NCBI GenBank assembly: GCA_965644315.1
Contig: CBFFRQ010000121.1
Coordinates: 1 to 41,049 of the forward strand
DNA: 41,049 nucleotides
Direction of reading: 5' to 3'
DNA from: Caecitellus pseudoparvulus
Lineage: Eukaryota; Protista; Bigyra: Bicosoecida
Part shown: one piece after another, positions 20,575 through 32,211 of the stretch
How positions within the stretch are numbered: the first letter of the stretch is position 1
Layout: each line of letters starts with the position of its first letter
Notes under the pieces: generated by a model
What the model was told of the DNA's origin: nothing
Databases searched by the model: none
What the model saw: only the letters and a program-made list of their open reading frames with translations
Program-made: the position numbers and the translations under genes

Positions 20575-22014
20575 CTATGCGAGCTCCACGTCGTGCTCCT
20601 CTGAAGCTGCGGAGGCCTGCAGCGACACAGCTTCAGCTGGCGCATCCACACGCACGGCCGGACTGCCAGGGACGGAGCTGGCACCACTGGACAGGCTGCT
20701 GGCGCGCCGTCGGCGGGCCACACGACCATGCAAGGACCCCAGCACGTACCCGAAGACGTCGGAGAGGGAGATGATGCCAGAGCACCTGCCTGCTGCGTCC
20801 ACCTCCACCACGCGGTGTGCGCCGGTGGTGCCGAACAACTCCAGCAGCTGTGCCATGGTCGTGCTGCGGGGCACAGTGACGAGCTCCGTGTTGCCCCGCA
20901 TGAGGTCCTGCTGGCCTGCCTTGAAGGCGCTGGCTGACGCGGTGAGGGCGGCCAGCGTCTCATCCAGCGCCAGCACCAGCGTGTCCTCCCGCGTGAAGAT
21001 GTCCCGCACGACGCCCTCGCTGTCCGTGAGCGGGATGGCGCTGACGTTGTGCGTGGCCATGGTGTCCAGCACCTGGGACAGAACCGTGCTAGAGGGCAGC
21101 GTGACCATGTTGCTGTACGTGCCGATGCCCAGCTTGTGAGCGCTACGGGGGAAGAAGCCAGTCTCCAGCGCGGCGGCGGTGGTGCCGGCTGCCACGGTGG
21201 CGTCCTGTGCAGGGGAGAAGAACTCCACGACGTGCTTCAGGACGGCCCTGTGAGTGAGGATGGCCAGCACCGACTGCTGCGGCTCGTACACCACTGGCAG
21301 TCGGTGGATGCCGTACTGGTGGAACACACTGCAGGCGTCCAGAAGGGAGTCTTCCGGGGACACGCAGATGAGCCGCCCGCCGCCCACGGGCCCCCCGGCG
21401 CCGTCAGCCACATGCGCCATGGCGCCCTGCTGCCCCCCGGCGCTGTGGGCTTGGGCGATGGCAGCAGAGGCGCTGGCCGACACTGACGTGTCGCTGGTGG
21501 CGGAGTGAGTCACGCCCAAGTCCCCTTCCTTGAGAGCTGCGCCCTGGGAGGGGGTGGTGCCCTGTCGCAAGGCTTGGGCAGCTTCTGTGTGTGGGGTGCG
21601 GGGTGGGGTGCGTCGCGCCAGCGGTGCGGCGGGGTGCGTGTGCGCCGTACCTCGCCAGCTGCGGATTGTGTGAGTGCTCAGCGCCTCCACCGCCTTGGGG
21701 CCGTGTCGGTACGTGTGCAGGAGGTGCACGAAATCGGAGGACGTCAGCATGCCACTGAAGCAGCCATTGCGCGAGTCCCACAGCGCTGCCGCGAACATGC
21801 CTGCGACGAGGGCAGTCAGGGGGCAATGCAGAGGGTGGGAATGGCAGCGAAACTCCACCCTGGCGAGCTCACCGTGCTCCGCGAACGCAAAGAAGGCCAT
21901 TTGGATGGAGATGTCCATGTCACACACGAGCACCTTGCTGGATATGGGCACCAGGTCGTAGCATTTGATGTCGCAGAGGAACTCCCGAAGGGAGCTGGCG
22001 CTCTCCTTGGCCAT
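20575..22014 (-). CDS. SNF4: AMPK/SNF1 gamma regulatory subunit (CBS domains); probable in-frame introns 21801-21872 and 21585-21650
   Basis: CYDLVPISSKVLVCD, AALWDS...GMLTSSDF, IHRLPVV, LTHRAVLK, VSAIPLTD, GIISLSDVF are characteristic of AMPK gamma. Confidence 0.9.
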   Translation of the reverse strand: MAKESASSLREFLCDIKCYDLVPISSKVLVCDMDISIQMAFFAFAEHGELARVEFRCHSHPLHCPLTALVAGMFAAALWDSRNGCFSGMLTSSDFVHLLHTYRHGPKAVEALSTHTIRSWRGTAHTHPAAPLARRTPPRTPHTEAAQALRQGTTPSQGAALKEGDLGVTHSATSDTSVSASASAAIAQAHSAGGQQGAMAHVADGAGGPVGGGRLICVSPEDSLLDACSVFHQYGIHRLPVVYEPQQSVLAILTHRAVLKHVVEFFSPAQDATVAAGTTAAALETGFFPRSAHKLGIGTYSNMVTLPSSTVLSQVLDTMATHNVSAIPLTDSEGVVRDIFTREDTLVLALDETLAALTASASAFKAGQQDLMRGNTELVTVPRSTTMAQLLELFGTTGAHRVVEVDAAGRCSGIISLSDVFGYVLGSLHGRVARRRRASSLSSGASSVPGSPAVRVDAPAEAVSLQASAASEEHDVELA

Positions 22015-22492
22015 GGCGTTTCACTGCTCTCCTGCTGCTGTGCACCCTTCGCGACAAGGCTGTGGGCCAAGCTCGCTCCCACCTGCAGGCCTAGCAGGCC
22101 ACGGGGGCACAGACAAAAGCCTTGGCGTTGGTCAATGAAATGGAACAGGTTTTGATCCCCGCAGGGAGCCGTTGTGCCGAGGCTTGCTGCACGTGGCAGG
22201 CTTCCCAAGCGGCAAGCCTGTGAAGGGAGGGTCAGGCCTGCGCAGCCTGTGCCAGGGCCGGCACTCTGCGCTGTCACCACAAATGCAACCGGTCATCCGT
22301 GCACCTTTCATCGCCAGATTGGCCGAGGATTGCACGTGTGAGCCGTTGGAGTGCCGCACTTGTGGCCAGGAGGCCCTGGCGAGGGGTGCTGCAAGTTCCG
22401 CACACGGCAAGCCTGGCGGCGTCGCTGCTCCCAGCATGCCCTGCGCGCAGTGACCGGGTTTGGTAAAGCTGCACTGGACCGCTCCGCCAACC

Positions 22493-25400
22493 ATGGACCC
22501 CTCTGTGCACTTGGAGCAGCACACACAGCTGCTGGCACCGCTGCACATCACGCCTCACAGGCTGCTACAGGTGCCTGGTTCGGCCAGCACCCAGGACGTC
22601 ACGGCACCTGCTCCGCCTCGCAGTGCAGCTGTACCCATTCCACGCGCAGCAGGAGGGCGGCCTGGCGGCGAGCCCGTCCCCCCTCGGGCCGTTGATGACT
22701 CATCCCTTGGCAGCTACCTCTTCCGCGCACCCTCCACGCCACGGGACCTGACGGGGTCCCCCCGCATCCCCCAGTCCGCGCCGTCCTCCGCCTCCCCTAT
22801 GCTGCGGGCGGCAGCATGGCGGCAGCTGGGTCACACAGTGGCCTGGCCGCCGCCTCTGCCCTCCCCTGACGTGGCTTCCCCTCTGCGCACCACCCAAGCC
22901 ACGGCACACCCCCTGCAGAGCCTGACCCCCCCTCGACCACTGCCACGACAGGCCCCCTCACCCAACCCTTACAGCCCGTTCCCCGCGCCGGAACTGCCCA
23001 GCAGGGCGGCGCCCCCCACTGCCCGCCCCTCCCGAGCGGTCACGCAGGACAGCATGATGTCAGTCTTCAGCGGCGCCCAGGTGGACAGCGGGGCAGGCCA
23101 GGCACCAGCCCCGCCCCTGCCCCCCCTGCCCCCCCCTGCCTTCTACGCCGGCGTCTCTGCGCTGGCCAACGCCGCCTTACTGGTGCGCTGGCGGGGCAGG
23201 GTGCTGGCGGCAGGCCCTGGCGTGGACAAGTCCGCCCTCTGGCTGGCAGCTGCGCGGCAAGTGGCCTCCAACGTGCTACACGCAGCACGGCAGTGCGGGG
23301 CGGAACACCGCCTAGCACGACATATCATCGCGCGTGTGGCCCCCACCCTGCATCTGCTGCAGGCAGTAGGACCTGGGGAGCACTCAGCAGGCAGCGGTGG
23401 GCTTGTGGTGCCCACTGTCACTGCAGCTGTGGCGGAGACAGCTGCTGCAGCTCGCAGTGCTGCCTTCGCAGCCTGCCTCGCAGGCGTCACGGAGCAAGGG
23501 CATGAAGGGGACACCAAGGCCCGGCGCCTAGACAGCAGCATCCACGGCAAGTGCCTCGCCGCCGCTGCCTGCGTGCTAGAGGTGGGGCAGGGCACCCGGG
23601 CCGCCCTGCAGCAGCACATGCGGCAGGCAGGCACGCCCGCCATGCCTGCCCGGCAGTGCGCGCTGTACCTGGGGCGCTACATGCGCCGTTGCATGCGGCT
23701 GCGGTACCGAGTCAGCGACCGGCCCTCCCATCGGCCTGTCGTGCATTCCCTCGGAACAGCCATCAGCGCCTTCGCCATGGGGCTGGAGGGTGTGTATGGT
23801 CCGTATGCAGTGGGCGACCTGGCGCGGCCATTCCAGAGCCGCAGGCACGATGCATCAGTTTGGGAGGATGCGCTGGGCAGCGTCACGAAGGCGCTGCGGG
23901 CGGCGACAGCGGCGGCAGCAGCCCTGGGCTCCCCCATGCCCCCGCTGGCCAGGCCCACACTTGACCCCGCCCAGCGGAGCTACAGCGCACACCGCCGTGG
24001 CAGCAGCGGCAGCGACAGCAGTGGCGGCATGCTGGGCTCAGGGCTGGGGCAAGCCCTGGATGCAGCCCTGGCAGCGCCCAAGCCCAAGCCGGCACCCAAA
24101 CAGCGTGGTGCGTTCATGTCCCTGCTCATGCGTTTCGGGCGCCGGAAGCAGCCCAACCGCCCCCGCCATGCCAAAGCGCAAGTGATGCGGCGTGAGGACT
24201 TGCGCCTGCCGCCCCCCCTTCCCAGCCGAGCAGGAAGGGAGGAGGGCGTGGACATGGCAGCGCTGCACACCGCCATCGAGCAAGCCTGTGCCCGCCCAGC
24301 CCCTGCTACGCCCTCCTCCCTTCGCACCGCCGTGCTGAGTCAGCAGGGGCAGCTGCAGCCTGTGCTGGCCAGGCGAGCGGCCAAAGCCGCTGCCGCCCAC
24401 GCCACCGCCGACGTGAAGGGTTTCATGGGCCACTTGACTGCTGCACTGCTGCGGAAGTTCAGGTTCCTCGCTGCGGTGCATGGGGCGCGGGAGGTGGCGG
24501 ACGTGGACAGGGCGGTGGTGGCGTTGACGGCCGTGCGCCCCACACCTGCCGTGCCAACCACCCACCGCCACACACCGGCCCAGCACCCCCCATCGGCTGC
24601 CATTGCCATGCAGCTGCAAGGACCGCAGATGCGAGTGAGGGGGTGGGGACCGGGGGGATCCGCCCGCACCATGCAGGTGGTGGATCGGCATGGGCGACAC
24701 GGGCGCTCAGCCAGCGAGGCGCCCCGGCCCTCCCCAGCGCTGTGGGGCGCGGGCACCTCTGACACGTCCCTGCCTTCGATGGGCGTGGAGATGGCAGTCA
24801 CGAGCCGTGCAGGGGCAGGAGCGGACGCCACCCCCCCTGGCACTGCCCCGGACACCCCCCCCCGGACACGGCGCCTGAGCGCGCCTTCCTCCAGCCTGCC
24901 CCTGCCGGAGGAAGGCAGTGCACACCTCCCGTTCGCCATGGACCGCTCCATGCCGGAGCTGCTGGGCGGCGCTGGGGGTGACTCAGACCACGACGCGGAG
25001 GAGGACAGTGACTCGGCGCCTGACGCAGACGGCCTGGGACTGAGCGGCGGCAGCAGTGGCAGCCAGACGTCAGCTGGACTGCTCGGCAGTGCCGCTGACG
25101 TCCTTGTGGGCAGCCCAGGGAGAAGCCATGCCGCCCCTGCTGTGCCCTTCGTGCCCTTGGACCACGTCGTGTCCATGTTCAAGTACACGGTTGAGGTGGA
25201 GGTGTGGCGGTGTGTCGTCGCGCACTGCCACACCCTGCTCTTCAACCTGGAGCGCAGCGTGCAGGCCCCCATGGACGAGCGGTACAACAGCACGTTGCGC
25301 CGGGCCATGACGCAGTGGGGCGCTGCCCCCCTTGTGGGGGGCGAGGGCGGCAGTGGCATCGCCCTGCCGTTGGAGGAGGTGGGCGTGCCGCCGACCCTCA

Positions 25401-25792
25401 TCCCCACACCGCTGCCCCACGAGCAGCCCACCGCCGCAGCCTTGCGTGCATACAGCGGCTGCATTGACGCCCTGGTCAGGTGCACATTGCACCGGTCAGG
25501 CGTGGGCAAGGGCCAGTGCCTGGCGGCGGCGCTGCGTGGATTGAACGATGCTGGGCAGGCTGTGCGGGGGGGAGGCGCGGGGCTGTCGGCAGACGAGCTG
25601 CTGCCCCTGCTGGCCTGGGCCCTCGTGGCGTCCAACTTGCAGGACATACCCAGCCACGTCGCGTTTGCAGAGGAGTGGCTGCCGCCCAGCCAGGCTACTG
25701 GCGAGTGGGGCTACGCTGTGACTCTGGCGTCCACTGCAGCTCACTGCGCGTTGCTGCACCTGGAGGCAGAGGGGGAGGGAGGGGGGGTGTAG
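22493..25792 (+). CDS. VPS9-domain protein (Rab5-family GEF) with long low-complexity N-terminal region
   Basis: C-terminal LSADELLPLLAWALV...ATGEWGYAVT is the VPS9 signature. ATG 22493 is in frame with ORF 22460-25792. Confidence 0.8.
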   Translation: MDPSVHLEQHTQLLAPLHITPHRLLQVPGSASTQDVTAPAPPRSAAVPIPRAAGGRPGGEPVPPRAVDDSSLGSYLFRAPSTPRDLTGSPRIPQSAPSSASPMLRAAAWRQLGHTVAWPPPLPSPDVASPLRTTQATAHPLQSLTPPRPLPRQAPSPNPYSPFPAPELPSRAAPPTARPSRAVTQDSMMSVFSGAQVDSGAGQAPAPPLPPLPPPAFYAGVSALANAALLVRWRGRVLAAGPGVDKSALWLAAARQVASNVLHAARQCGAEHRLARHIIARVAPTLHLLQAVGPGEHSAGSGGLVVPTVTAAVAETAAAARSAAFAACLAGVTEQGHEGDTKARRLDSSIHGKCLAAAACVLEVGQGTRAALQQHMRQAGTPAMPARQCALYLGRYMRRCMRLRYRVSDRPSHRPVVHSLGTAISAFAMGLEGVYGPYAVGDLARPFQSRRHDASVWEDALGSVTKALRAATAAAAALGSPMPPLARPTLDPAQRSYSAHRRGSSGSDSSGGMLGSGLGQALDAALAAPKPKPAPKQRGAFMSLLMRFGRRKQPNRPRHAKAQVMRREDLRLPPPLPSRAGREEGVDMAALHTAIEQACARPAPATPSSLRTAVLSQQGQLQPVLARRAAKAAAAHATADVKGFMGHLTAALLRKFRFLAAVHGAREVADVDRAVVALTAVRPTPAVPTTHRHTPAQHPPSAAIAMQLQGPQMRVRGWGPGGSARTMQVVDRHGRHGRSASEAPRPSPALWGAGTSDTSLPSMGVEMAVTSRAGAGADATPPGTAPDTPPRTRRLSAPSSSLPLPEEGSAHLPFAMDRSMPELLGGAGGDSDHDAEEDSDSAPDADGLGLSGGSSGSQTSAGLLGSAADVLVGSPGRSHAAPAVPFVPLDHVVSMFKYTVEVEVWRCVVAHCHTLLFNLERSVQAPMDERYNSTLRRAMTQWGAAPLVGGEGGSGIALPLEEVGVPPTLIPTPLPHEQPTAAALRAYSGCIDALVRCTLHRSGVGKGQCLAAALRGLNDAGQAVRGGGAGLSADELLPLLAWALVASNLQDIPSHVAFAEEWLPPSQATGEWGYAVTLASTAAHCALLHLEAEGEGGGV

Positions 25793-25938
25793 GGCTTGGG
25801 CGTCGACGGGCAATGCAGGGAATATGTGCACATTACTTGTGTAATCGACCTCACTCTGCCCCCCCACTCATCTGGCCAGCCGCACTGCCATCACACGCGC
25901 CTCAGCACCACCCAATCCTGCACCGAAGCTTGCCAACC

Positions 25939-26941
25939 ATGGCTGCCACGTCTCAGTCTGGAGGTCGGCGCCTCTTCATCGGCGGGAACTGGAAGATGGC
26001 CTCCACCAAGGAGACCATCAGCACAGTGACGAGCGCCATCAACGCTATGGAGTCCCTCCCAGCCAACGCAGGTGCGCGATGAAACTCCCGTGAAACTCAG
26101 CTGCTCCCCGCCCCACCCGAGGCTGCCTCTGCGCGACACAGACATCTTCCTGGCACCTCCCGCGCTGCACATTCAAGCAACCAAAGAAGCCCTCACCAAG
26201 GATGTGCTGATTGGTGCTCAGAACATTCATTCACACGAGGTGCGTCTGCCGGCGTGTGTGGTGTCGACTTCCCGAAACTGAATGAACCAAGTGCAACCCC
26301 TCGACCCGCCAACTCGCAGGGATTCGGCGCCTTCACCGGGGAGCACTCTGCCGCCATGCTGAAAGGTGTGGCCCTTGCCTGCGCACCAGCCCAAGTCTAC
26401 GCGCCACCGCCCTGCACGCGGATCGCCCCTCGCAGACTTTGGCGTGGACTGGGTGATCGTGGGGCACTCTGAGCGCCGGCACATCTTCGGGGACTCCCTG
26501 GACACCTGTGCCGCCAAGGCCAAGGTGGCCCTGGACGCTGGACTCTCTGTCGTGTTCTGCGTGGGGGAGCAGCTGGAGGAACAAGAGGCTGGCAAGACGA
26601 TGGAGGTGGTGGAGGGGCAGCTGAAGCCACTAGCACATTCCATCTCCTCCGAGCAGTGGGGCCGGGTCGTCATCGCGTATGAGCCCGTGTGGGCCATTGG
26701 CACTGGCAAGACCGCCTCGCCAGCCCAGGCGCAGGAGTCCATCTCCGACATCCGAAGCTGGCTGGAGGAGAACGTGTCCGTGGACGTGGGCACTGCCACC
26801 CGCATCATCTACGGCGGCAGCGTCAAGCCTTCGAACTGCAAGAGCCTCATCAGCCTCTCGGACATTGACGGATTCCTTGTGGGTGGCGCCAGCTTGAAGG
26901 CAGACTTCACCGCCATCATCGCCTCAGCCAGCGAGGCGTGA
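25939..26941 (+). CDS. TPI1: Triosephosphate isomerase; introns 26072-26141, 26240-26319, 26366-26435
   Basis: FIGGNWKM, IGAQN, GAFTGE, VIVGHSERR, AYEPVWAIGTG, IIYGGSV, DGFLVGGASL. Three GT-AG introns restore the frame. Confidence 0.97.
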
Positions 26942-26975
26942 GCGCCCCCCTGCGCAATGCATTGGCCGACACGCC

Positions 26976-29450
26976 TCACTTGCGAGAGCGCTTGCCGCCG
27001 CGAGCTGGCGCAGCACTGTCCGACGCGCGCTTGGTGCCGCGCAGTGGCTTGCCGGCGGGCTTGGCATCCTGCACCGTCACGCCAAGGGCCTTGCCCAGGA
27101 CTGCCTTGCCTGAGCAGGGGTCGGCTGCCTTGAGGGCTGCCACAGCCGCCTTGGAGCCCAGCACGCCCCGCACCGCCTCACCTGCGGAAGGGGACTGCGC
27201 CAGGTCAGACAGCAGGAAGCACCCGCGGTTGTGCTGCAGGAGGGCGGTGCCGTCCCCCGCCGGGCCGCCGTACTTGGCCGCCACCGCATCCCACAACATC
27301 TCCCCGATGGGCACCTGGCCGATGCTGGCGGGTGTCTCCCGCTCCAGCAGCAACAGGCGCTTGAGCAGCAGTGTGGAGGCAGCGTTCTCCACGAGGGACT
27401 GCCACGGCTCAGCGCCCTCGCCTGTCCGGGCGGGCGTGGGGGAGTCGCCCCCCTCGTCACCCCCTCCGAAGTGCACGCCAGAGCGAACTGCTGTGGACGC
27501 GGCAGCCTGCCCCGCACCTGCGGCAGCAGCCAACTGCACGTCCTCCTCCTCGCCCCCCTCCTCACTGTCCTCCCGCACTGCCTCTGCTACCGCCTCCAGC
27601 ACCTGCTGCACGTCGGATGGAGTGGCGACACCCTTGGGCAGAGCTGCCTGCTCCGCCATGGCCTTCACTGTCTCCAGCAGCACCTCAGCACCCCACCGGC
27701 TGCGCATGAAGTCCGCAGTGTGCACCAGCATCGCATCCCGCAACTTGGGCAAGGCGGCCTTCAGCAGCTGCTTGCGGCGGATGGGGGCAGACTTCTTGCT
27801 CGTTGCCTGCCACTGCACAGTGGTCAAGTCCAGGACACCGTCCCGGCTCTTGCGCTTGCCTGTGGCAGCCACAGTGTCGGCGGCGTCCCCTGCCTCCTCC
27901 TCCTCTGCGCCCTGCCCTGCCGGCTCCAGCGCACTCAGGTCCCGCACAGGCGCACGCTGCCCCGTGGCGGCCGTCCCTTCCTCCTGCTCCTCCTCCTCCT
28001 GCTCAGGCACCCACACAGGCTGCAGCAGCTGCATGTCTGTCTGGGGGAAGTACCGGCTGCTGCCTGGCGCCAGCAAGTGCAGCCACACCCGGCGCCCGAA
28101 GCGGTCACAGGCGACGTCCCGCACCAGGTCCAGCTCCGCCGACAGCGGCTTGAGGATGGCCTTGGTCAGCTGCACCGTGTCGTCCACGCAGTCCAGCGCC
28201 TTGACCAGCAGCATGTGGCCCTGGTCGTGCAGCGCCAGCTCCGCCACGTGCGCCTTGATGCTGCTGAGGATGACCTTGCGCTCCTTGGTGGTGGCGTATG
28301 CGAGGGCGATGCAGGCGGCCAGCATGCCGTCACGGGAGGACACCAGGGCCACGATGGCGTCGGTGATGGTGGGCACCACCTGGCGGATGGACAGGGGCGA
28401 CGCCACGCGCAGGAAGTCTGCGAGCAGGCGCTGGCCGATGGTCGTGCCCAGGAACCCCTTGGCCACGAACTTGTTGATGTGGTGGTACAGGTTGCGCAGC
28501 ACGCTCAGCTTCTCAGAGGGGTGCTCTGCCAGGAGGGAGTCCAGGGAACGCTTGGCAGCCAGGACGGACATGTCCTCTGGCTTGGCAGGGGGCAGAGTTG
28601 CCACGTCCTCCCCGCCCTCGGCGCAGCCAGGCGGCGGCAGGGCGCCTGTGCCGAGCAAGTGCGCCACGGGCGCCTGCTTGGCGGGGGTCACCTTCAAGTG
28701 AGCATACTGCGGCCCATACGCCTCCTGCAGCAGCTCCCAGGTGTCTGCCGTGGACCACGCCTTGGCGTAGCCAGCCTCCAGCACCAGGATGCCCATCTTG
28801 TGCGTCATGAGCCGGGCGGCGTGACCCTTGAGCTCCTTGTGCACTGCCGCCTTCATGGACGGCGAGCCGTACTTCAAGATCTTCTCCAGGATGTTGTGGG
28901 CGTGCTTCTCCTTGGACATGTCCAGGAGGTGCCCCCTCAGCTCCGCCATCACCTTCTCCTGCTGCACCACCGTGCCGAACTGGAAGACACTCTGGATCAC
29001 GCGGCTGGCATCGTGCCGTGCACACAGCGTCTTCATGGACCCCTTCCACATGTCCAGGACCTTGTCAATGCTCTCCCGCTTGTCGGCCAGCGTGACGGCC
29101 TTCTGCCGGTACACCTCCCACAGGTTCTGCGCCGAGGCGGGGTGCGGAAATCGATTGTGCACCCACGCACCACGGCAGCCGCCACTGGCAGCCAGGCACA
29201 CACCTTGCCTCCCTCAACTAGGTCAAAATGGGGATCAGTCTGGGATTTGCGCTCCTTGCGGGCTTTCTGGGGGGCACGACGTTGAAGGATGTGTGCTGTT
29301 GGGCCTTGGCAGGTGTTCGCGTGACTTTCCGCAGCCTGACCACGACCACCTGCTCACCTTCTTGTTGCGGGGTGCATCGTCAGCAGGCTTGGGAGGCTTG
29401 GGGGTCCACTTCTTCTTCTTGCCCCCACTGAATCCAGCTGAGGCACTCAT
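26976..29450 (-). CDS. PUF6: Pumilio-family nucleolar protein Puf6/PUM3 (Puf-A); introns 29267-29357 and 29127-29203
   Basis: Lys-rich N-terminus, HDASRVIQSVFQFG, TTKERKVILSSIK, LDCVDDT, CPL-like FGRRVWLHLLAP and SKKSAPIRRKQLL. Confidence 0.88.
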
Positions 29451-29640
29451 TCTACCTCCTGCCCACGCTGATGGCTCAGACGGTGCAAGGAGGCTGAGCC
29501 GCTGCTCTGGCCTCGCTGCACTGCGCACACTCGAAGTCTCGCTGCCAAACGCACTGCCCACGAGCCGGACAGTTCAATTGCAGGTGTGCCCAGCGCCAAT
29601 GTCATGTCTGCTGTGCATTTGAACAGTGTTTGGTTCTGTG

Positions 29641-31772
29641 TCACTTGCGCCCCTTGCCGTTGCCTGAGCTTCCGATGTCCTCCATCAGCCGCTTCAACTT
29701 CCGCTCCTGCTTCCGCTTGCCGCTGCCAAAGCCGTGGAAGGCATAGTTCAACTGCCTCCACGCCTCCTTCTGTGTCAACTCCCGCCCGAAAGCGTCTTGC
29801 TGCCGCAGGTGCACTCGTGGGGCGGGGTCCTCCTCCCCTCCAGGCAGCGCCGGACGCCGGTCGTTTGCACGGCCGGCCACCAGTACACCTGCGTTGGCCT
29901 TGGACAGCGCGCCTGTGCGCCTCAAGAACGACAGCGCTGCCGCTGTGCTAGAGCTCGTCTCCCCTGCCTCTGTCACCATCTCCCCGTCCACAGTGGCCTT
30001 GGCGACGTCCGCCTTGGCTGCAGCCAGCTGCCGGTCCAGGCTCCCCTCCTCGTCCTTCGCCGCCGCCTCCCCTCCCCCGGACGCCACAGCAGCACTGGGC
30101 GCACTTCCAGCACTACCACCCCTCCCATCCCTGGACGGCACAGCTGGCCCAGCAGTCTTGGCTGCTAGGCGCCGGGTGAACTCTGCGCTGGAGGAGAAGG
30201 TGAGGGTGCCGGGGCCACTGCCGCCTGACGTGGCGCCAGCGGACGCCGCAGCAGCCGCCGCACGAGCGGCACGGGCCGCCTTTACCTTCGCCAGCACCGC
30301 ACTAGCCTCCACGTCACCTGCCTCCTCAGAGGCGGTCGGCTTGGGCGGCGCAGCTGCCTGGGCCGCCCGGGCGCGCGCCAGCCCCGCCGCCAACTGCGCT
30401 GCCCAGGCAGCCTCCCCGCCATCCTCCTCGGCATCCCCGTCACCCAGCCCACTCATGGCACCTCCAGGGGTGTCGCGCAGAGTGTACTTGCGAGCCTTCG
30501 TCAAGTGCTGTGCTCCGTCACCCCCCACCTCCTCGCCCTCAGCTGCCGCGAGGCGAGCACGCACGGCTGCAGCCGCCGCTTCGCCAGCTACATCCACCTG
30601 TCCCCCCCCATCCTGACCGCCAGAGCTCGACAGCTCTGCAGCCAGGCGTGCCCCAGCAGACGTGCCTTGCCCCAGCCTGCCTTCTGACGTGCCAAAGCGA
30701 GCTGCCGCCTCCGCCTCCACTGCCCCATCGACGGCAGAGGGCGGGGAGCCACCACCCTCCTCCCGCTGGCGCTTGCGACGCTTGGAGGCTTTCTTGGCCT
30801 TCTTGGCCTTCTTCGAGGCCTTGCCCGCCTGAGGCATCAACGCAGCAGCCTCCTCCAGAGTCATGAAGTCACTCGCCACCACCACACCGCCCGCCTCGGC
30901 TGCCGCCGTGCCACCCCCCGCCGCTGCCTGCAGGCGCTGCCGCACTGCGTCGCCTGCAGCCGAGTCCACAGCATCGTCGCCGCCCTCCAGCCCTGCACGC
31001 GACACCAGCGCCCCGCTCGCCGTCAGCACCGCCTTGCCCGCCAACATGGCCTCCTCATCCCCATCGTCGTACTGCTGCAGGAGACCAGGTGCTGAGCCAC
31101 CTGCCTCTCGAGACGCCAGGCGACTGTAACCAGTGGCCCCCCGCATGGCTGCCACCTTGGCCTTCCGCGACACGGCCAGACGCGCCTTGGCATCCGCCAT
31201 CAGCCGGCTGTTCTCCAGCACGTCCTCCCCCTCCTCGTCCAACACGCTGCGGTCTGCCAGCGTCAGCACCACGTCCTGCCCCTCAGCAAAGTCGCCCACG
31301 GCGTGGCGCACAGACAGCCCCGCCCCCTCCACCTGCTCCTCCTCCTCGCCGTCTCCGAGCAACGCCATGGGGCCGGAGCGGCGAGCTGGGGCAGCCTTGC
31401 CAGTCGCCTTGCGAGCTGCCCTCTTGGCTTTCATATGCGCCACCCAGTCGGAGGCACTACCAGATGCTGCCTTGCCGATGACGTCCTCCTGTGCGGCGGG
31501 CGCTGAGCGCTTGGCCTTGGCAGCAGCAAGGCGAGCAGCCAGTCCGCCAGACTGCTCCTTTGCATCACCAGCCGCGGCTGCAGGTGGGGCGGGAGCCTCT
31601 GCTGGGGCCTGCGAAATACGCAGGGGCTTCAATCCTAGCTTTGCACGGAGGGCGTTGGTTTCGTCCACGGAAAGGCTGCGGCCGGAGCGGAGGGAGGGCG
31701 GCTGTGAGCGGGGCACATGCTCGCGGAAATTGGACAGCCGCCCTCGAACCTGATCTCCTTCTCTGAGGCCAT
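29641..31772 (-). CDS. SART1: U4/U6.U5 tri-snRNP-associated protein SART1/Snu66; intron 31676-31749
   Basis: Spliced start MASEKEISLSVDETNALRAKLGLKPL (HIND motif), VVLTLADRSVLD, C-terminal DAFGRELTQKEAWRQLNYAFHGFGSGKRKQE. Confidence 0.92.
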
Positions 31773-32211
31773 CCTGGACCCTTCAAGCTGAATGCCGTTC
31801 CTTGCGTGTCTGTATCTGCTTATGTAATGCTGCAACTGGTGCAGAAAGCTGCTGAAAATCCCCCCACAGCACTGCAACGCAGGGGAATGCAGTGAGAGTG
31901 GCGCCCGCCTGTCCAACCAGAGTTCAGTCGTTTGCGTGGGCTGCACGGGGGAGGCGCACTAGCACCGGCATGTATGTCGTCCACAATGAGCACCCATGGT
32001 TCGAGTTTTGGGGCGCGCACCTTCTGCACCAGCACGCCCCCTGCTGGACGCAGCAGCGCATGTTGGCCAGTGAGAAACACACACGCCTTGCTCGCCTGCA
32101 GCCGCCCCCCCCCACCTAAGCAGGCCCACTCCCCGACATCGCAGGCACATGGCACACTTCCGTCAATGCTCTGCATTAGCCTGCTCTCGCGTTGAATGCC
32201 CTTGACCGGCT

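Noticed and set aside
19948-20604. 218-aa ORF as the full ATP synthase epsilon gene
   Set aside because: Only 20146-20329 matches the subunit; the rest is upstream sequence and intron read-through.
26938-29285. Long plus-strand ORFs (587 and 684 aa) opposite Puf6; similar ones at 24340-25647, 32643-34613, 261-1358 and 12097-13035
   Set aside because: Antisense shadow ORFs expected from high GC3 coding. They are low-complexity Ser/Ala/Arg-rich and lack motifs, while the opposite strand has a recognisable gene.
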